In this document: piece by piece, positions 17,456 through 27,169 of the stretch | Layout of the letters: each line of letters starts with the position of its first letter | Numbering within the stretch: the stretch's first letter is position 1 | Source of the DNA: an uncultured Bacilli bacterium | GTDB taxonomy: Bacteria; Bacillota_I; Bacilli_A; RF39; UBA660 | DNA: 64,000 nucleotides | Direction: 5' to 3' | Assembly (NCBI GenBank): GCA_934096805.1 | Contig: CAKOMW010000001.1 | Span: forward strand, 215,633-279,632 | Position numbers and translations under genes: made by a program | Notes under the pieces: generated by a model | Databases searched by the model: none | Told to the model about the DNA's origin: nothing | The model's input: only the letters and a program-made list of their open reading frames with translations

Positions 17456-17743
17456 ATGAGAAAGTATGAAATAATGTTCATAGTAAAGCCTACACTTGAT
17501 GAGAGTGCAATAAAGGAAGTTTCTTCTAATGTTGCTAAACTATTTGAAAAGTTTGATAGTAAGGTTTTAGAAATGAAAGAAATGGGACAAAAAGATTTAG
17601 CTTATGAAATAAAAAAGCATAAAAAAGGTTATTATTTTGTTCTTGTTGTTGAAGCAACAACTCATGCTATTGATGAATTCAACCATATGATTAATATTAG
17701 TGAAGATATTATTCGTTCATTGGTAATAAAAATTGAAGATTAA
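17456..17743 (+). CDS. rpsF: 30S ribosomal protein S6
   Basis: MRKYEIMFIVKPTLDE... RBS AAAGGAGG. rpsF-ssb-rpsR operon. Confidence 0.95.
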   Translation: MRKYEIMFIVKPTLDESAIKEVSSNVAKLFEKFDSKVLEMKEMGQKDLAYEIKKHKKGYYFVLVVEATTHAIDEFNHMINISEDIIRSLVIKIED

Positions 17744-17754
17744 TGAGGTAAAAT

Positions 17755-18246
17755 ATGAATAAAGTATGTTTAATAGGTAGATTAACTAGAGACCCTGAAC
17801 TTAGGTATACTGGTAGTAATAGAGCAGTTGCTTCTTTTACATTGGCTGTTAACAGGCAATTTACTAACCAAAATGGTGAAAGAGAAGCAGACTTTATTAA
17901 TATAGTTGTTTGGGGAAAACAAGCTGAAAATGTAAAAAATTATATAAATCAAGGAAGTCAAATTGCTGTTGAAGGAAGAATCCAAACTAGATCTTATGAT
18001 GATCAAAATGGACAAAGGAGATATGTTACGGAAGTAGTAGCGGATGCTGTACATTTTATTGAATCTAAAGCAAGTCGTGAACAAAGGGTGAATAATCCTG
18101 TTTCTAATAATAGTTATCAACAAGGTCCTGTTAATAATGCAACACCATATGATTTTGGTAATAATCAATCTACAAATGTTGTTGATGATCCATTTAAAGA
18201 TTTTGGTGAAGAAATAAAAGTCGGAGACAATGAATTGCCTTTCTAA
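17755..18246 (+). CDS. ssb: Single-stranded DNA-binding protein
   Basis: OB fold [19 protein letters not shown]...[15 protein letters not shown], a Q/N-rich linker and an acidic tip DNELPF. Confidence 0.95.
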   Translation: MNKVCLIGRLTRDPELRYTGSNRAVASFTLAVNRQFTNQNGEREADFINIVVWGKQAENVKNYINQGSQIAVEGRIQTRSYDDQNGQRRYVTEVVADAVHFIESKASREQRVNNPVSNNSYQQGPVNNATPYDFGNNQSTNVVDDPFKDFGEEIKVGDNELPF

Positions 18247-18259
18247 AAGGAGGAGAATT

Positions 18260-18475
18260 ATGGCAGAATTTTATAGAAAAAGAAAAAAAGTTTGTTATAT
18301 GTGCGCTGGTAAACAAATTAACTATAAAGATGTTGATATATTGAAGAAATATATAAATGAAAAAGGTAAGATTTTACCTAGACGTGTTACTGGTGCTTGT
18401 GCTAAACATCAAAGATATATTTCTGAACAAATTAAAAGAGCTCGTATGATAGCTTTATTACCATTTACAAAATAA
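18260..18475 (+). CDS. rpsR: 30S ribosomal protein S18
   Basis: KKVCYMC...[26 protein letters not shown]...[30 protein letters not shown] before ATG 18260. Confidence 0.95.
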   Translation: MAEFYRKRKKVCYMCAGKQINYKDVDILKKYINEKGKILPRRVTGACAKHQRYISEQIKRARMIALLPFTK

Positions 18476-18556
18476 GCAAGAAATTGTTTATTTTTTTTGT
18501 TTGTGAAATGACATATTTTAAAAAATATAGTATAATAGAAAAGACAAGGAGGAACT

Positions 18557-19516
18557 ATGGATTTTAATAATTTAAAGAAAGTTTTAATTAAAGAAATGTT
18601 TTTTGCAAAAAAAGTGTTTATCGTTGGTCATAATAACATGGATATGGATGCATTTGCATCGGTTGTTGGATTTTCTTTGATTTGTAAGAAACTTAAGAAA
18701 AAATTTTATTTAGTATCTGATGATGTTGATTTTGATTATGGAATAAAGAAGTCTTTAGAGAAACTTAATGATATTAAATTTATTAATAGTTCAGATGTTT
18801 CTTTAAAGCTTAATGATAAAAGTTTGATTATTGTTTTAGATACCAATAAAAGTAAGCTTATCTGTTTAGATAGTCTTGAAGTTGCTCGCAATGTAATTGT
18901 TATTGATCATCATGATACTAATAATGATACAATTAAAACTGACTATTTGTATATTAATAAATCTGCTAGTAGTACTTCTGAAATTATAACAATGTTGCTT
19001 GACAAATTTATGATAAAAATACCTAGTTTTTATTGTACTTTGCTTTTGTCTGGTATTATTTTAGATACTAATGGTCTTAGTTATAAGCTTAATCGTAGAA
19101 CTTTTTATTATTGCTATTATTTGCTTAGTAGAGGAGCAGATATGAGCCAATCTAGAGAATTGTTAAAGGATAATCTTAGTGATTATTTGAAAAAGACTAA
19201 ACTAATTCATGGAACTAAGGTTTACGGTGATGTTGCTATTGCGGTTGATAAGACTAATAAGATTTATACGAGAAAAGATTTGGCAATTACTGCTGATATT
19301 CTTCTTACATTTCAGGATATTAAGGCATCAATTGTTGTGGCTAAAATTGGTGATAATGAAGTTGGGATTAGTGCCCGATCTATTGGTGATATAGATGTTA
19401 ATTCATTAATGGGAACTTTTGATGGTGGTGGTAATAAAAATGAAGCTGCTGCTTTAGTTAAAGATAAGTCTGTTTCAAGTATTGTTAAAGAATTATTGGA
19501 TATTATTGAGGAGTGA
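18557..19516 (+). CDS. Stand-alone DHH/DHHA1 phosphoesterase (GdpP/NrnA-like catalytic module)
   Basis: [19 protein letters not shown] and the DHHA1 motif [10 protein letters not shown]. It sits in the rpsR-rplI slot that gdpP occupies in B. subtilis, but has no TM/PAS/GGDEF-like N-terminus. Confidence 0.75.
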   Translation: MDFNNLKKVLIKEMFFAKKVFIVGHNNMDMDAFASVVGFSLICKKLKKKFYLVSDDVDFDYGIKKSLEKLNDIKFINSSDVSLKLNDKSLIIVLDTNKSKLICLDSLEVARNVIVIDHHDTNNDTIKTDYLYINKSASSTSEIITMLLDKFMIKIPSFYCTLLLSGIILDTNGLSYKLNRRTFYYCYYLLSRGADMSQSRELLKDNLSDYLKKTKLIHGTKVYGDVAIAVDKTNKIYTRKDLAITADILLTFQDIKASIVVAKIGDNEVGISARSIGDIDVNSLMGTFDGGGNKNEAAALVKDKSVSSIVKELLDIIEE

Positions 19517-19520
19517 TATT

Positions 19521-19955
19521 ATGCAAGTTATTTTTATTAAAGATTTGAAGGGTAAAGGTAAAAAGGGAGAAATCAAAGAAGTTAAGGATGGATATGCTGA
19601 TAATTTTTTGATTAAGAATGGTTATGCTGTAAAAAAAACAGATGCTAGTATGAGTATTTTAAATAGAAAGAAAAAAGAAGAAGAAGCTCTTGATTTGATG
19701 AACAGGAAAAAAGCTTTGGAATTAAAAACTAAGCTTGAAAAAGAACAAATTTCTTTTAAAGTTAAAACTGGTGACAATGATAGGGTTTTTGGAAGCGTTT
19801 CTGTTAAACAAATAAAAGAAAAGTTGGAAAAATATAATATAGATAAAAATCAAATTAATATTGTTGGATCTCTTAATAGTTTAGGTTTTCATGAGGTTTA
19901 TGTTACATTGTATAGGGATATTGAAGCTATTATTAGGGTTGAATTAAAAAAGTAG
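19521..19955 (+). CDS. rplI: 50S ribosomal protein L9
   Basis: [39 protein letters not shown] 19521 follows GAGGAG. Confidence 0.94.
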   Translation: MQVIFIKDLKGKGKKGEIKEVKDGYADNFLIKNGYAVKKTDASMSILNRKKKEEEALDLMNRKKALELKTKLEKEQISFKVKTGDNDRVFGSVSVKQIKEKLEKYNIDKNQINIVGSLNSLGFHEVYVTLYRDIEAIIRVELKK

Positions 19956-20050
19956 GCAATAAAATTTTTGTTTATTATAACTGAAAATAAAATGATTTGA
20001 GGTTTGCATTTTAATGCATGCTTTGAATTTAGGAAGGGAAGGATGCTTTT

Positions 20051-21400
20051 ATGAATAGAGAAATGCCACAAAATATTGAGGCAGAACAATCTGTAATAGG
20101 TTCGATGTTACTTTCAAAATCTGCTATTGTTCAAGCAACTGAAAGTTTAGTGGGTGATTGTTTTTACTTGGATAAGCATGCTAAAATTTTTAATGCTATA
20201 AAGAAATTGTATGAGAATAGTATTCCGGTTGATTTTACTACTATTACTAATGAACTTAAAGATCAAGGATTACTTAGTGCTGTTGGTGGAGTTGAATATA
20301 TTACTGAAATAATGGAGCAGACTCCAGTTGCTTCTAATGTTGGTTATTATATAAATATTGTTTTGGAAAAAAGCGTTTTTAGGAGACTTATTGAAGCTTC
20401 TTCTGATGTTGCTACTTTAGGTTATAGTAATGAGTATAATTTGGAGGAGACTCTTGATAAGGCAGAAAGCAGAATTTTAGAGGTGGTTAAGGATAGAAAG
20501 GCAACTGATTTTAAAATTATGTCTGAAGTTCTTACTAATGTTCAAACTAATTTAGAGAAACTTGCTGCGAATAAAGGTAAAATAAGTGGATTATCTACAG
20601 GGTATATTGATATTGATAAGCTTACTGATGGATTTCATCCTGGAGAACTTATTATTTTGGCAGCTCGTCCTTCTGTTGGTAAGACGGCGCTTGCTCTCAA
20701 TATTTTACAGAATGTTGCTATTAATAATAAGAAATCTGTTATATTGTTTACACTTGAAATGTTAGCTGAACAAGTTGTTCCACGTATGATTGCTTCCGTT
20801 GGACAGATTGAAGCTTTTAAGCTTAAAAATGGAAATTTGGAAAACAATGATTGGGGACGTGTAACTAGTGCTATGGCAACGCTTGCTGACACTAATATTT
20901 ATATAGCAGATACTACAAATATTACTGTTGGGGATATTAAGGCTAAGGCTAGAAGAATTAAGGCACAAGATCCTAATTTGTCTTTAATAGTTATCGATTA
21001 TTTAACTTTGATTAGTGGTATGAGCAGATATTCTGGACAAAGACAACAAGAAGTGTCAGAGATATCTCGTGCTTTGAAGGCTCTTGCTTTGGAGCTTCAG
21101 ATACCTATTCTTGCTTTGGCGCAACTTTCTCGTGCTTTGGAGGCACGTGAAGATAAGCGTCCTATTTTGAGTGATCTTAGGGAATCTGGACAAATAGAAC
21201 AAGATGCTGATATTGTTGCATTTTTGTATCGTGATGATTATCATAATAAGGAGGCTATCACTCCAGATAATATAAGTAAAATTGAAGTTATTATAAGAAA
21301 GAATAGAAATGGTAGTATTGGTACTGCTGAATTATTATTTAAAAAGAATACACAATCATTTATGAATTTTTCTAATGATTATAAGGAAGTTGGTGATTAG
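20051..21400 (+). CDS. dnaB: Replicative DNA helicase
   Basis: PQNIEAEQSVIGSML, Walker A AARPSVGKTALAL, IVIDYLTLI, and LAQLSRALE...RPILSDLRESGQIEQDAD. Confidence 0.96.
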   Translation: MNREMPQNIEAEQSVIGSMLLSKSAIVQATESLVGDCFYLDKHAKIFNAIKKLYENSIPVDFTTITNELKDQGLLSAVGGVEYITEIMEQTPVASNVGYYINIVLEKSVFRRLIEASSDVATLGYSNEYNLEETLDKAESRILEVVKDRKATDFKIMSEVLTNVQTNLEKLAANKGKISGLSTGYIDIDKLTDGFHPGELIILAARPSVGKTALALNILQNVAINNKKSVILFTLEMLAEQVVPRMIASVGQIEAFKLKNGNLENNDWGRVTSAMATLADTNIYIADTTNITVGDIKAKARRIKAQDPNLSLIVIDYLTLISGMSRYSGQRQQEVSEISRALKALALELQIPILALAQLSRALEAREDKRPILSDLRESGQIEQDADIVAFLYRDDYHNKEAITPDNISKIEVIIRKNRNGSIGTAELLFKKNTQSFMNFSNDYKEVGD

Positions 21401-22964
21401 TTTGAGTAAGACTAGTATTGTTTTAACTATTTTTCTCTCTTTAGTTTTATCTTTGGGTCTTATTTTGTTTGATAAGACGGATGAAGTTTATTATGAAGCC
21501 CAAGATGTTTATCGTGTTTATTTAGATGGTAAGAATATAGGGGTAATAAAGTCTAAAAGTGAGTTTGAGGCTTATATCAATGAAAAACAACAGAGCATAA
21601 AAGATCAATATAATGTAAAAAGGGTTTATGAGCCTACTAATTTAAAGATTGAAAAGGAAATTACTTATAATGAAAAAATTTCTTCTGTTGAGGATATTTA
21701 TTCTAAGATTTCTAATGAAAAGGCGTTTACTATTGATGGTTATGTGGTTACAATAAAAAAGAAAGGCGATGAAAAGAAAACTAGTAATGCTTTGGATAGT
21801 GCAACTGTTTCTGATGATACGGATACTAATACTAATTTGAAAATATATTTGTTAAATAAAAGTACTTTGAATGATGCTATTAATGAAACTGTTAAGTCTT
21901 TTGTTGACAAGGATAAGTATGAAGCGTATTTGAAAGAGCAGCAACAAGAAATTTTAGATGAGGGGACTCTTATTGAAAATGTTTATATTGAAGAAGAAAT
22001 AACTATTAAAAAAGATAGAATACCTGTTAATGAAAAGATTTTTTATGATCATGAACATGTTTCTGGTGTTAAGGAGCTTACTAAGTATTTAATTTTTGGT
22101 AATTTGAATGAACAAAAAATATATAAATGTAAAGCTAGTGATACTCTTGCTTCAATTGCTGAGGCTAATAAGTTGAATATTAAAGAGTTGCTTGTTGCTA
22201 ATAGTGATTTGTCTGGTGAAGATGCTCTTTTATATGAGGGTCAGCAGTTGATTGTTAATTTAATTGAACCTAGAATAACAGTAACTGAAGTAACACATGA
22301 GGTTGCAAAGCAGACTATTAAGTATGATACTATTGAGCAAAAGGATAGTTCTATGTATACGGGACAGTCTAAGACAGTTAAGAAGGGTGAAAATGGTGAA
22401 GAAAGAGTAACTAAGAAAGTACAACGTAAGAATGGCTTTATTGTTAGTGCGGTTGGTGTTTCTTCTGAAGTGATAAAGGAACCTGTTGATAAAATAGTTA
22501 AGATTGGTACTAAGCGTTCTGTTTATAGTGGTAGTTATTCTGGTACAGTTAAGTATGTTGCTCCGAATGGATATTGGGCTTGGCCTACTAGAAGTGGCTA
22601 TTGTTTGACTTCTAATTATGCTGAGTATCGTTCTTATGAGAGACATTATGCTCTTGATATTTCATGTACTGGGCTTGGTTCTCCAATATATGCAGCTCAA
22701 GGTGGAACGGTAACTGCTGTAGCTGCTGGTTATGGTAATAATACGAGTTCTTTAGGTTATGGTAATTATGTTGAAATTGATCATGGTAATGGGTATGTAA
22801 CACTTTATGCACATCTTAATAGTGTAAGTGTTGGTGTAGGGCAAGTTGTATCTAAAAAACAAATAATAGGAACTATGGGGAATTCAGGATTTTCATTTGG
22901 AACGCATCTTCATTATGCTGTTTATAAAAATGGTTCTGTAATTAATCCATTTGCACTTTATTAA
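21375..22964 (+). CDS. Membrane-anchored LysM + G5 + M23 peptidoglycan metalloendopeptidase
   Basis: TM helix TSIVLTIFLSLVLSLGLILF. LysM: YKCKASDTLASIAEANKLNIKELL. G5: YTGQSKTVKKGENGEERVTKKV...KIVKIGTK. M23: HYALDIS...YVEIDHGNGYVTLYAHL...GTHLHYAV. The start is uncertain (ATG 21375 overlaps dnaB; TTG 21402 is possible). Confidence 0.85.
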   Translation: MIIRKLVISLSKTSIVLTIFLSLVLSLGLILFDKTDEVYYEAQDVYRVYLDGKNIGVIKSKSEFEAYINEKQQSIKDQYNVKRVYEPTNLKIEKEITYNEKISSVEDIYSKISNEKAFTIDGYVVTIKKKGDEKKTSNALDSATVSDDTDTNTNLKIYLLNKSTLNDAINETVKSFVDKDKYEAYLKEQQQEILDEGTLIENVYIEEEITIKKDRIPVNEKIFYDHEHVSGVKELTKYLIFGNLNEQKIYKCKASDTLASIAEANKLNIKELLVANSDLSGEDALLYEGQQLIVNLIEPRITVTEVTHEVAKQTIKYDTIEQKDSSMYTGQSKTVKKGENGEERVTKKVQRKNGFIVSAVGVSSEVIKEPVDKIVKIGTKRSVYSGSYSGTVKYVAPNGYWAWPTRSGYCLTSNYAEYRSYERHYALDISCTGLGSPIYAAQGGTVTAVAAGYGNNTSSLGYGNYVEIDHGNGYVTLYAHLNSVSVGVGQVVSKKQIIGTMGNSGFSFGTHLHYAVYKNGSVINPFALY

Positions 22965-23698
22965 TGAAGGTTATAGTTTTAGGAAGCGGTTCTTTAGGAA
23001 ATGCTACTTTTATCGAAACTGCTTCTTGTAATATTTTGATTGATGCTGGACTTACGTATAAAAATATATCAGAGAGGCTCGGATATAGTCCTGTTATTGA
23101 TATTGTTATTATAACTCATACACATAAAGATCATATTAGTGGACTTAAGTCTGTTTTGAAAAAGAAGCCTATTGTTTATACTATGGCTTTGGAACTTCAT
23201 GATAAGGTTTCTTATGATAATATTAATAATGAAAGGGAATTTACTTGTGGTGATGTTTCAGTTAGGCTTTTTGATCTTTCTCATGATTCTTATTGTAATG
23301 GTGTTAGTGTTACTGATAGAGATATAGAACTTGTTTATATTACTGATACTGGTTATATCAATAAATCAGTTTTAAATCAGATTTGTAATAAGAATTTTTA
23401 CATTATTGAGAGTAATCATGATGTTGATATGTTGAGACATAGTTCAAAACCGTTTTATTTACAAAAAAGAATTTTAGGGGATAAGGGTCATTTATCTAAT
23501 GAGCAGACTCTTAATTATTTAAATGATATTGTTGGTTCGAAGACTAAAGGTGTTATATTGGCACATTTATCTTTGGAAAATAATGATAGTGATTTAGTTT
23601 ATAGGATGATGTGTGATGGATTGAGTGATAAGAATATAGAAAAAATTCTTGTTGCGAAACAGCATGAGGCTTTGGAAGAGGTTGTTATTAATGATTAA
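22964..23698 (+). CDS. walJ: MBL-fold metallo-hydrolase WalJ/YycJ
   Basis: MKVIVLGSGSLGNA..LIDAGL, HTHKDH, ITDTGY, and ESNHDVDMLR...KRILGDKGHLSNEQ..AHLSLENN; alignable along its length with B. subtilis YycJ. TAATG overlap with the upstream M23 gene. Confidence 0.85.
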   Translation: MKVIVLGSGSLGNATFIETASCNILIDAGLTYKNISERLGYSPVIDIVIITHTHKDHISGLKSVLKKKPIVYTMALELHDKVSYDNINNEREFTCGDVSVRLFDLSHDSYCNGVSVTDRDIELVYITDTGYINKSVLNQICNKNFYIIESNHDVDMLRHSSKPFYLQKRILGDKGHLSNEQTLNYLNDIVGSKTKGVILAHLSLENNDSDLVYRMMCDGLSDKNIEKILVAKQHEALEEVVIND

Positions 23699-24146
23699 GA
23701 TAATATGTATTGGGAAAATTAAAGAAAAGTATTTGCGTTTGGCTTGTGATGATTATATTAAAAGAGTTGGCAAATATACAAAGATTGAATTAATAGAGCT
23801 ACCATCTTGCAATGATGGGGATGTTAAATCTTGTTTAGCTAAGGAAAAAAATAGTATACTTGGTCAAATTAAGGATAGAGATAATGTTGTTTTGCTTGAT
23901 GTGGATGGAGTTTCTTATTCTAGTTCTTCTTTTGCTAATTTTATAAATGATGAGCTTACTTATAGCAGTAATATTACTTTTATAATTGGTTCTTCAAATG
24001 GATTTGATTATTATATTAGAGATAGTTTTCCTAAGAAAGTTTCTTTTTCTAAGATGACTTTTCCTCATCAACTTTTTAGAGTTTTATTACTTGAACAGAT
24101 TTATCGAAGTTTTAAAATAATTAATAACGAAAAATATCATAAGTAG
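23691..24146 (+). CDS. rlmH: 23S rRNA (pseudouridine1915-N3)-methyltransferase
   Basis: MIKIICIGKIKEKYL... and SFSKMTFPHQLFRVLLLEQIYRSFKI (SPOUT fold). ATG 23691. Confidence 0.9.
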   Translation: MIKIICIGKIKEKYLRLACDDYIKRVGKYTKIELIELPSCNDGDVKSCLAKEKNSILGQIKDRDNVVLLDVDGVSYSSSSFANFINDELTYSSNITFIIGSSNGFDYYIRDSFPKKVSFSKMTFPHQLFRVLLLEQIYRSFKIINNEKYHK

Positions 24147-24167
24147 GATATGCTTCCTACTTTTTTT
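24143..24167 (+). terminator. Rho-independent terminator after rlmH
   Basis: gtagga (24143-24148), loop tatgct, tcctac (24155-24160), then T7. Confidence 0.7.
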
Positions 24168-24189
24168 CATATAATTAATTGGTGAGGCT

Positions 24190-25470
24190 ATGGATTTGAT
24201 TAATAAGTTAATATGGGCAATTGCTGTTTCTTTTCTTACTTTATCAAGTGTATATTACTCTTTTAGACTTAGATTTGTACAGGTTAATTTTTTAAAAATT
24301 TTTTCTTGTTTTAAGAGGTCTGGTTCAAAAGATGGAATAAGTGCTGGTGATAGTTTGATTATGTCTTTGTCTTCAAAGATTGGTGTTGGTTCTTTGGCTG
24401 GTATTTCTTTTGCTATATATTACGGTGGTCTTGGTTCTATTTTTTGGATTTGGGTAATTACATTTTTTACTTCTATAAATTGTTATGTAGAGAACATTTT
24501 GGCAATTTTATATAAAAAAACTGACAAATATGAGTGTCAAGGAGGACCGTTTTATTATATAAAGAATGGTCTTGGCAAAAAATGGTTGGCAGTTTTTTAC
24601 GCTATTTTGGTGATTGTTTCATATTCTACTGGCTTTATTGCTATTCAGAATAATACTATGACGACTTTGTTTGGAGAAATGTATAATGTTAATGTAATTT
24701 TTGTTTCTTTTTTGATTACTGTTTTATCTAGTTTTATTTTTCTTAGGGGAATTAAAACAGTTTCTAATTTTTGTAATAAAATATTTCCTATAATGATGGT
24801 TATTTATTTATTTGTGGGTTTATTGGTTTTTTTAGATAATGTTAGTTTTGTTCCTACTTTGTTTATTAATATTGTGAAGTCGGCATTTTCTGGTGATGCG
24901 ATGTCTGGAGGTATTATTTATATTTTGCTTATTGGTTTTCAAAAGGGTATTTTTCAGACTGAGGCTGGGGTTGGTACTAGTGCGATGATAAGTGGTATGA
25001 GTAATAATAATGATTATATAAAACAAGGTAATATGGGAATTGTTTCAACTTATTTTATTGGTTTTGTAATTTCTTCGGTGACTGCTTTGATTGTTTCTAC
25101 TAGTGATTTTGGTTTGCTTAAAGGTTCTTCAATAAATGGTATAGAGCTTACGAAGTATGCTTTTAATTATCATTTTGGATATTTTGGGGAGGTTGTTTTA
25201 TTAAGTATTCTTGTGTTATTTGCTTTTTCTACTATTGTAACGGTTTATTATTATGCATTAAATAATTTAAAAGGATTAACTAACAAAAAGTTGTTAATAA
25301 CTATTTTAAAAGTTGTTACCATACTTTCTTTATTTATTGGTGGTATTGTTTCTTCTTCATTTGTTTGGAAAATGATAGATATTTTTGTTGGTCTTTTGAC
25401 TATTATTAATACTTATTCTATTTTTATGCTTAGGGATGTGGTTGTTGATAAGGTTAGGTCTAGTAATTAG
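24190..25470 (+). CDS. Alanine/glycine:cation symporter (AGCS) family transporter
   Basis: Polytopic. GGLGSIFWIWV, QTEAGVGTSAM and other AGCS-like motifs. Confidence 0.82.
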   Translation: MDLINKLIWAIAVSFLTLSSVYYSFRLRFVQVNFLKIFSCFKRSGSKDGISAGDSLIMSLSSKIGVGSLAGISFAIYYGGLGSIFWIWVITFFTSINCYVENILAILYKKTDKYECQGGPFYYIKNGLGKKWLAVFYAILVIVSYSTGFIAIQNNTMTTLFGEMYNVNVIFVSFLITVLSSFIFLRGIKTVSNFCNKIFPIMMVIYLFVGLLVFLDNVSFVPTLFINIVKSAFSGDAMSGGIIYILLIGFQKGIFQTEAGVGTSAMISGMSNNNDYIKQGNMGIVSTYFIGFVISSVTALIVSTSDFGLLKGSSINGIELTKYAFNYHFGYFGEVVLLSILVLFAFSTIVTVYYYALNNLKGLTNKKLLITILKVVTILSLFIGGIVSSSFVWKMIDIFVGLLTIINTYSIFMLRDVVVDKVRSSN

Positions 25471-25508
25471 ACTTTTTTTGTTTTATAATTATGTTGGAGG
25501 TATTATTT

Positions 25509-26171
25509 ATGCTTAATAAGGGATGGGATAATGTACTTAAAGAAGAGTTCAGTAAAGATTATTTTAAACAACTTGTTGTTGATATAAGGAGAGAGTATAG
25601 GATTCATACTGTTTTTCCTGAGGCTTCTGATGTTTTTAATGCATTTAAGTATACTGATTATGATCAGGTTAAAGTTGTTATTTTAGGTCAAGATCCTTAT
25701 CATGGTGTGGGTGAGGCGATGGGTCTTTCTTTTTCTGTAAATGATGGAGTAAAAAGACCACCATCTCTTTTAAATATTTATAAAGAGCTTTATGATGATT
25801 TAGGAATTCCTATTTCAAATAGTGGTAATCTTTCTAAATGGGCAAGACAAGGTGTTTTTCTTTTGAATAGTATTTTGACTGTTGAAAAGGATAAACCTTT
25901 ATCTCATAGAAAGTATAATTGGGAGTTATTTACTGATGCGGTAATAAAAAAAATAAATGAAAAGGATGTTCCGGTGGTTTTCATTTTGTGGGGTAGTTAT
26001 GCTAGAGGTAAGAAGAAGTTTATTACTAATCCTATTCATTTGGTAATTGAATCTGTTCATCCTTCTCCGTTTTCTTGTTATAATGGTTTTTTTGGTAGTA
26101 GACCTTTTTCTCGCACTAATTCGTTTTTGGTGTCAAAAAAAATTAGTCCAATAGATTTTTCTATTGACTAA
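25509..26171 (+). CDS. ung: Uracil-DNA glycosylase
   Basis: VVILGQDPYHG, GVFLLNSILTV and ESVHPSP. ATG 25509. Confidence 0.93.
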   Translation: MLNKGWDNVLKEEFSKDYFKQLVVDIRREYRIHTVFPEASDVFNAFKYTDYDQVKVVILGQDPYHGVGEAMGLSFSVNDGVKRPPSLLNIYKELYDDLGIPISNSGNLSKWARQGVFLLNSILTVEKDKPLSHRKYNWELFTDAVIKKINEKDVPVVFILWGSYARGKKKFITNPIHLVIESVHPSPFSCYNGFFGSRPFSRTNSFLVSKKISPIDFSID

Positions 26172-26674
26172 TTTTTTAGTATTTCATAATCGTCTAGTCT
26201 TCTTAGTTTAAATGATTTGTATTGGTCAAATTTTAGTATTTTATATATTAGACAAAGTGGTTTTTTTATAAATAGTTCATTATAGTTTATAACATTGGCG
26301 TTGTAGAAGTCTTTTAGTCCTTCGATGTTATCGTCTATTTCATTTAGTTCATCAGTTTCTTTTTTTATTTTTTTACTTGTTTTTGGATTTTCTAATAAAA
26401 ATTTATTAATGTCCCATCTGATGTTAAAGAGGATGTCTTCTTTATCGTATATGGAGTCTTCTTCGTTGTAACTGAATGTTTTGGTTAATTTTTCGTCGTT
26501 TATATTTTTAAGGACTTCGTTTATTAGTTCATTTTTTTTGGTTAGGTATTCATTTAGTTTTTCGTCACATGTTAAGATTGCTTCTTCCAAATCACTTAGG
26601 TTTCGGCATTTTATAAATATTATTGCTAAAATAGCAAGTATTATAGTTAGAATAGAAATAATTATATAAATCAT
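26168..26674 (-). CDS. LemA-family membrane protein (divergent)
   Basis: N-terminal TM helix, a helical domain, and a C-terminal FYNANVINYNELFIKKP...F pattern typical of LemA. Confidence 0.55.
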   Translation of the reverse strand: MIYIIISILTIILAILAIIFIKCRNLSDLEEAILTCDEKLNEYLTKKNELINEVLKNINDEKLTKTFSYNEEDSIYDKEDILFNIRWDINKFLLENPKTSKKIKKETDELNEIDDNIEGLKDFYNANVINYNELFIKKPLCLIYKILKFDQYKSFKLRRLDDYEILKN

Positions 26675-26753
26675 ATTATCACCTATGTTTGATTATATCA
26701 TATTTTTATTGGTTATTAACATTAAATTATAAAAAAAGAAACTTTTTGGTTTC

Positions 26754-27083
26754 TTAAATGACTTTATAGTTTATTTCTTCATCGAAAACTATGAAGTCGA
26801 TATAAATTGATAGTAGTAAGTACCATTTTCCTGTTTTTGGATCGCTTATTACGACATGGTCTCTTGCTGCTTGTTCTACTATTCCAGTAAAGATTCTGTC
26901 CCTATATTCGTTTGAATCAGGGAATGTCATATAGATGCTTGCCACTTTTCCTTTGTTTAATCTTAGGATGTTTTCAACATATGATTGTTCCATAGGCAAG
27001 TCTTCGCTTATTGGACTTGGTGTTATGGTATTGTTTAGATTAGGGTTGGTATTAAAACCAGGATTATAATAACTATTATTCAT
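26754..27083 (-). CDS. gerQ: Spore coat protein GerQ
   Basis: N/P-rich N-terminus, then SYVENILRLNKGKVASIYMTF...FTGIVEQAARDHVVISDPKTGKWYLLLSIYIDFIVFDEEI, which matches the GerQ/YwdL core. ATG 27083 follows GGTGA. Confidence 0.78.
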   Translation of the reverse strand: MNNSYYNPGFNTNPNLNNTITPSPISEDLPMEQSYVENILRLNKGKVASIYMTFPDSNEYRDRIFTGIVEQAARDHVVISDPKTGKWYLLLSIYIDFIVFDEEINYKVI

Positions 27084-27169
27084 TTTTATCACCACTTAAG
27101 TGTATGTTTTTGTTTTTTTAAATAGTACATTATTTTTATTTGTGTTATAATGGTTTGGGAGATGATATT

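Noticed and set aside
17782-18168. A 128-aa minus-strand ORF.
   Set aside because: It is antisense to ssb. The same reasoning applies to the other antisense track ORFs: 371-658, 1093-1377, 5082-5423, 20635-20968, 22260-22812, 31346-31615, 41108-41636, 45024-45338, 52200-52541, 53469-53726, 54380-57388 (several) and 58395-58715.
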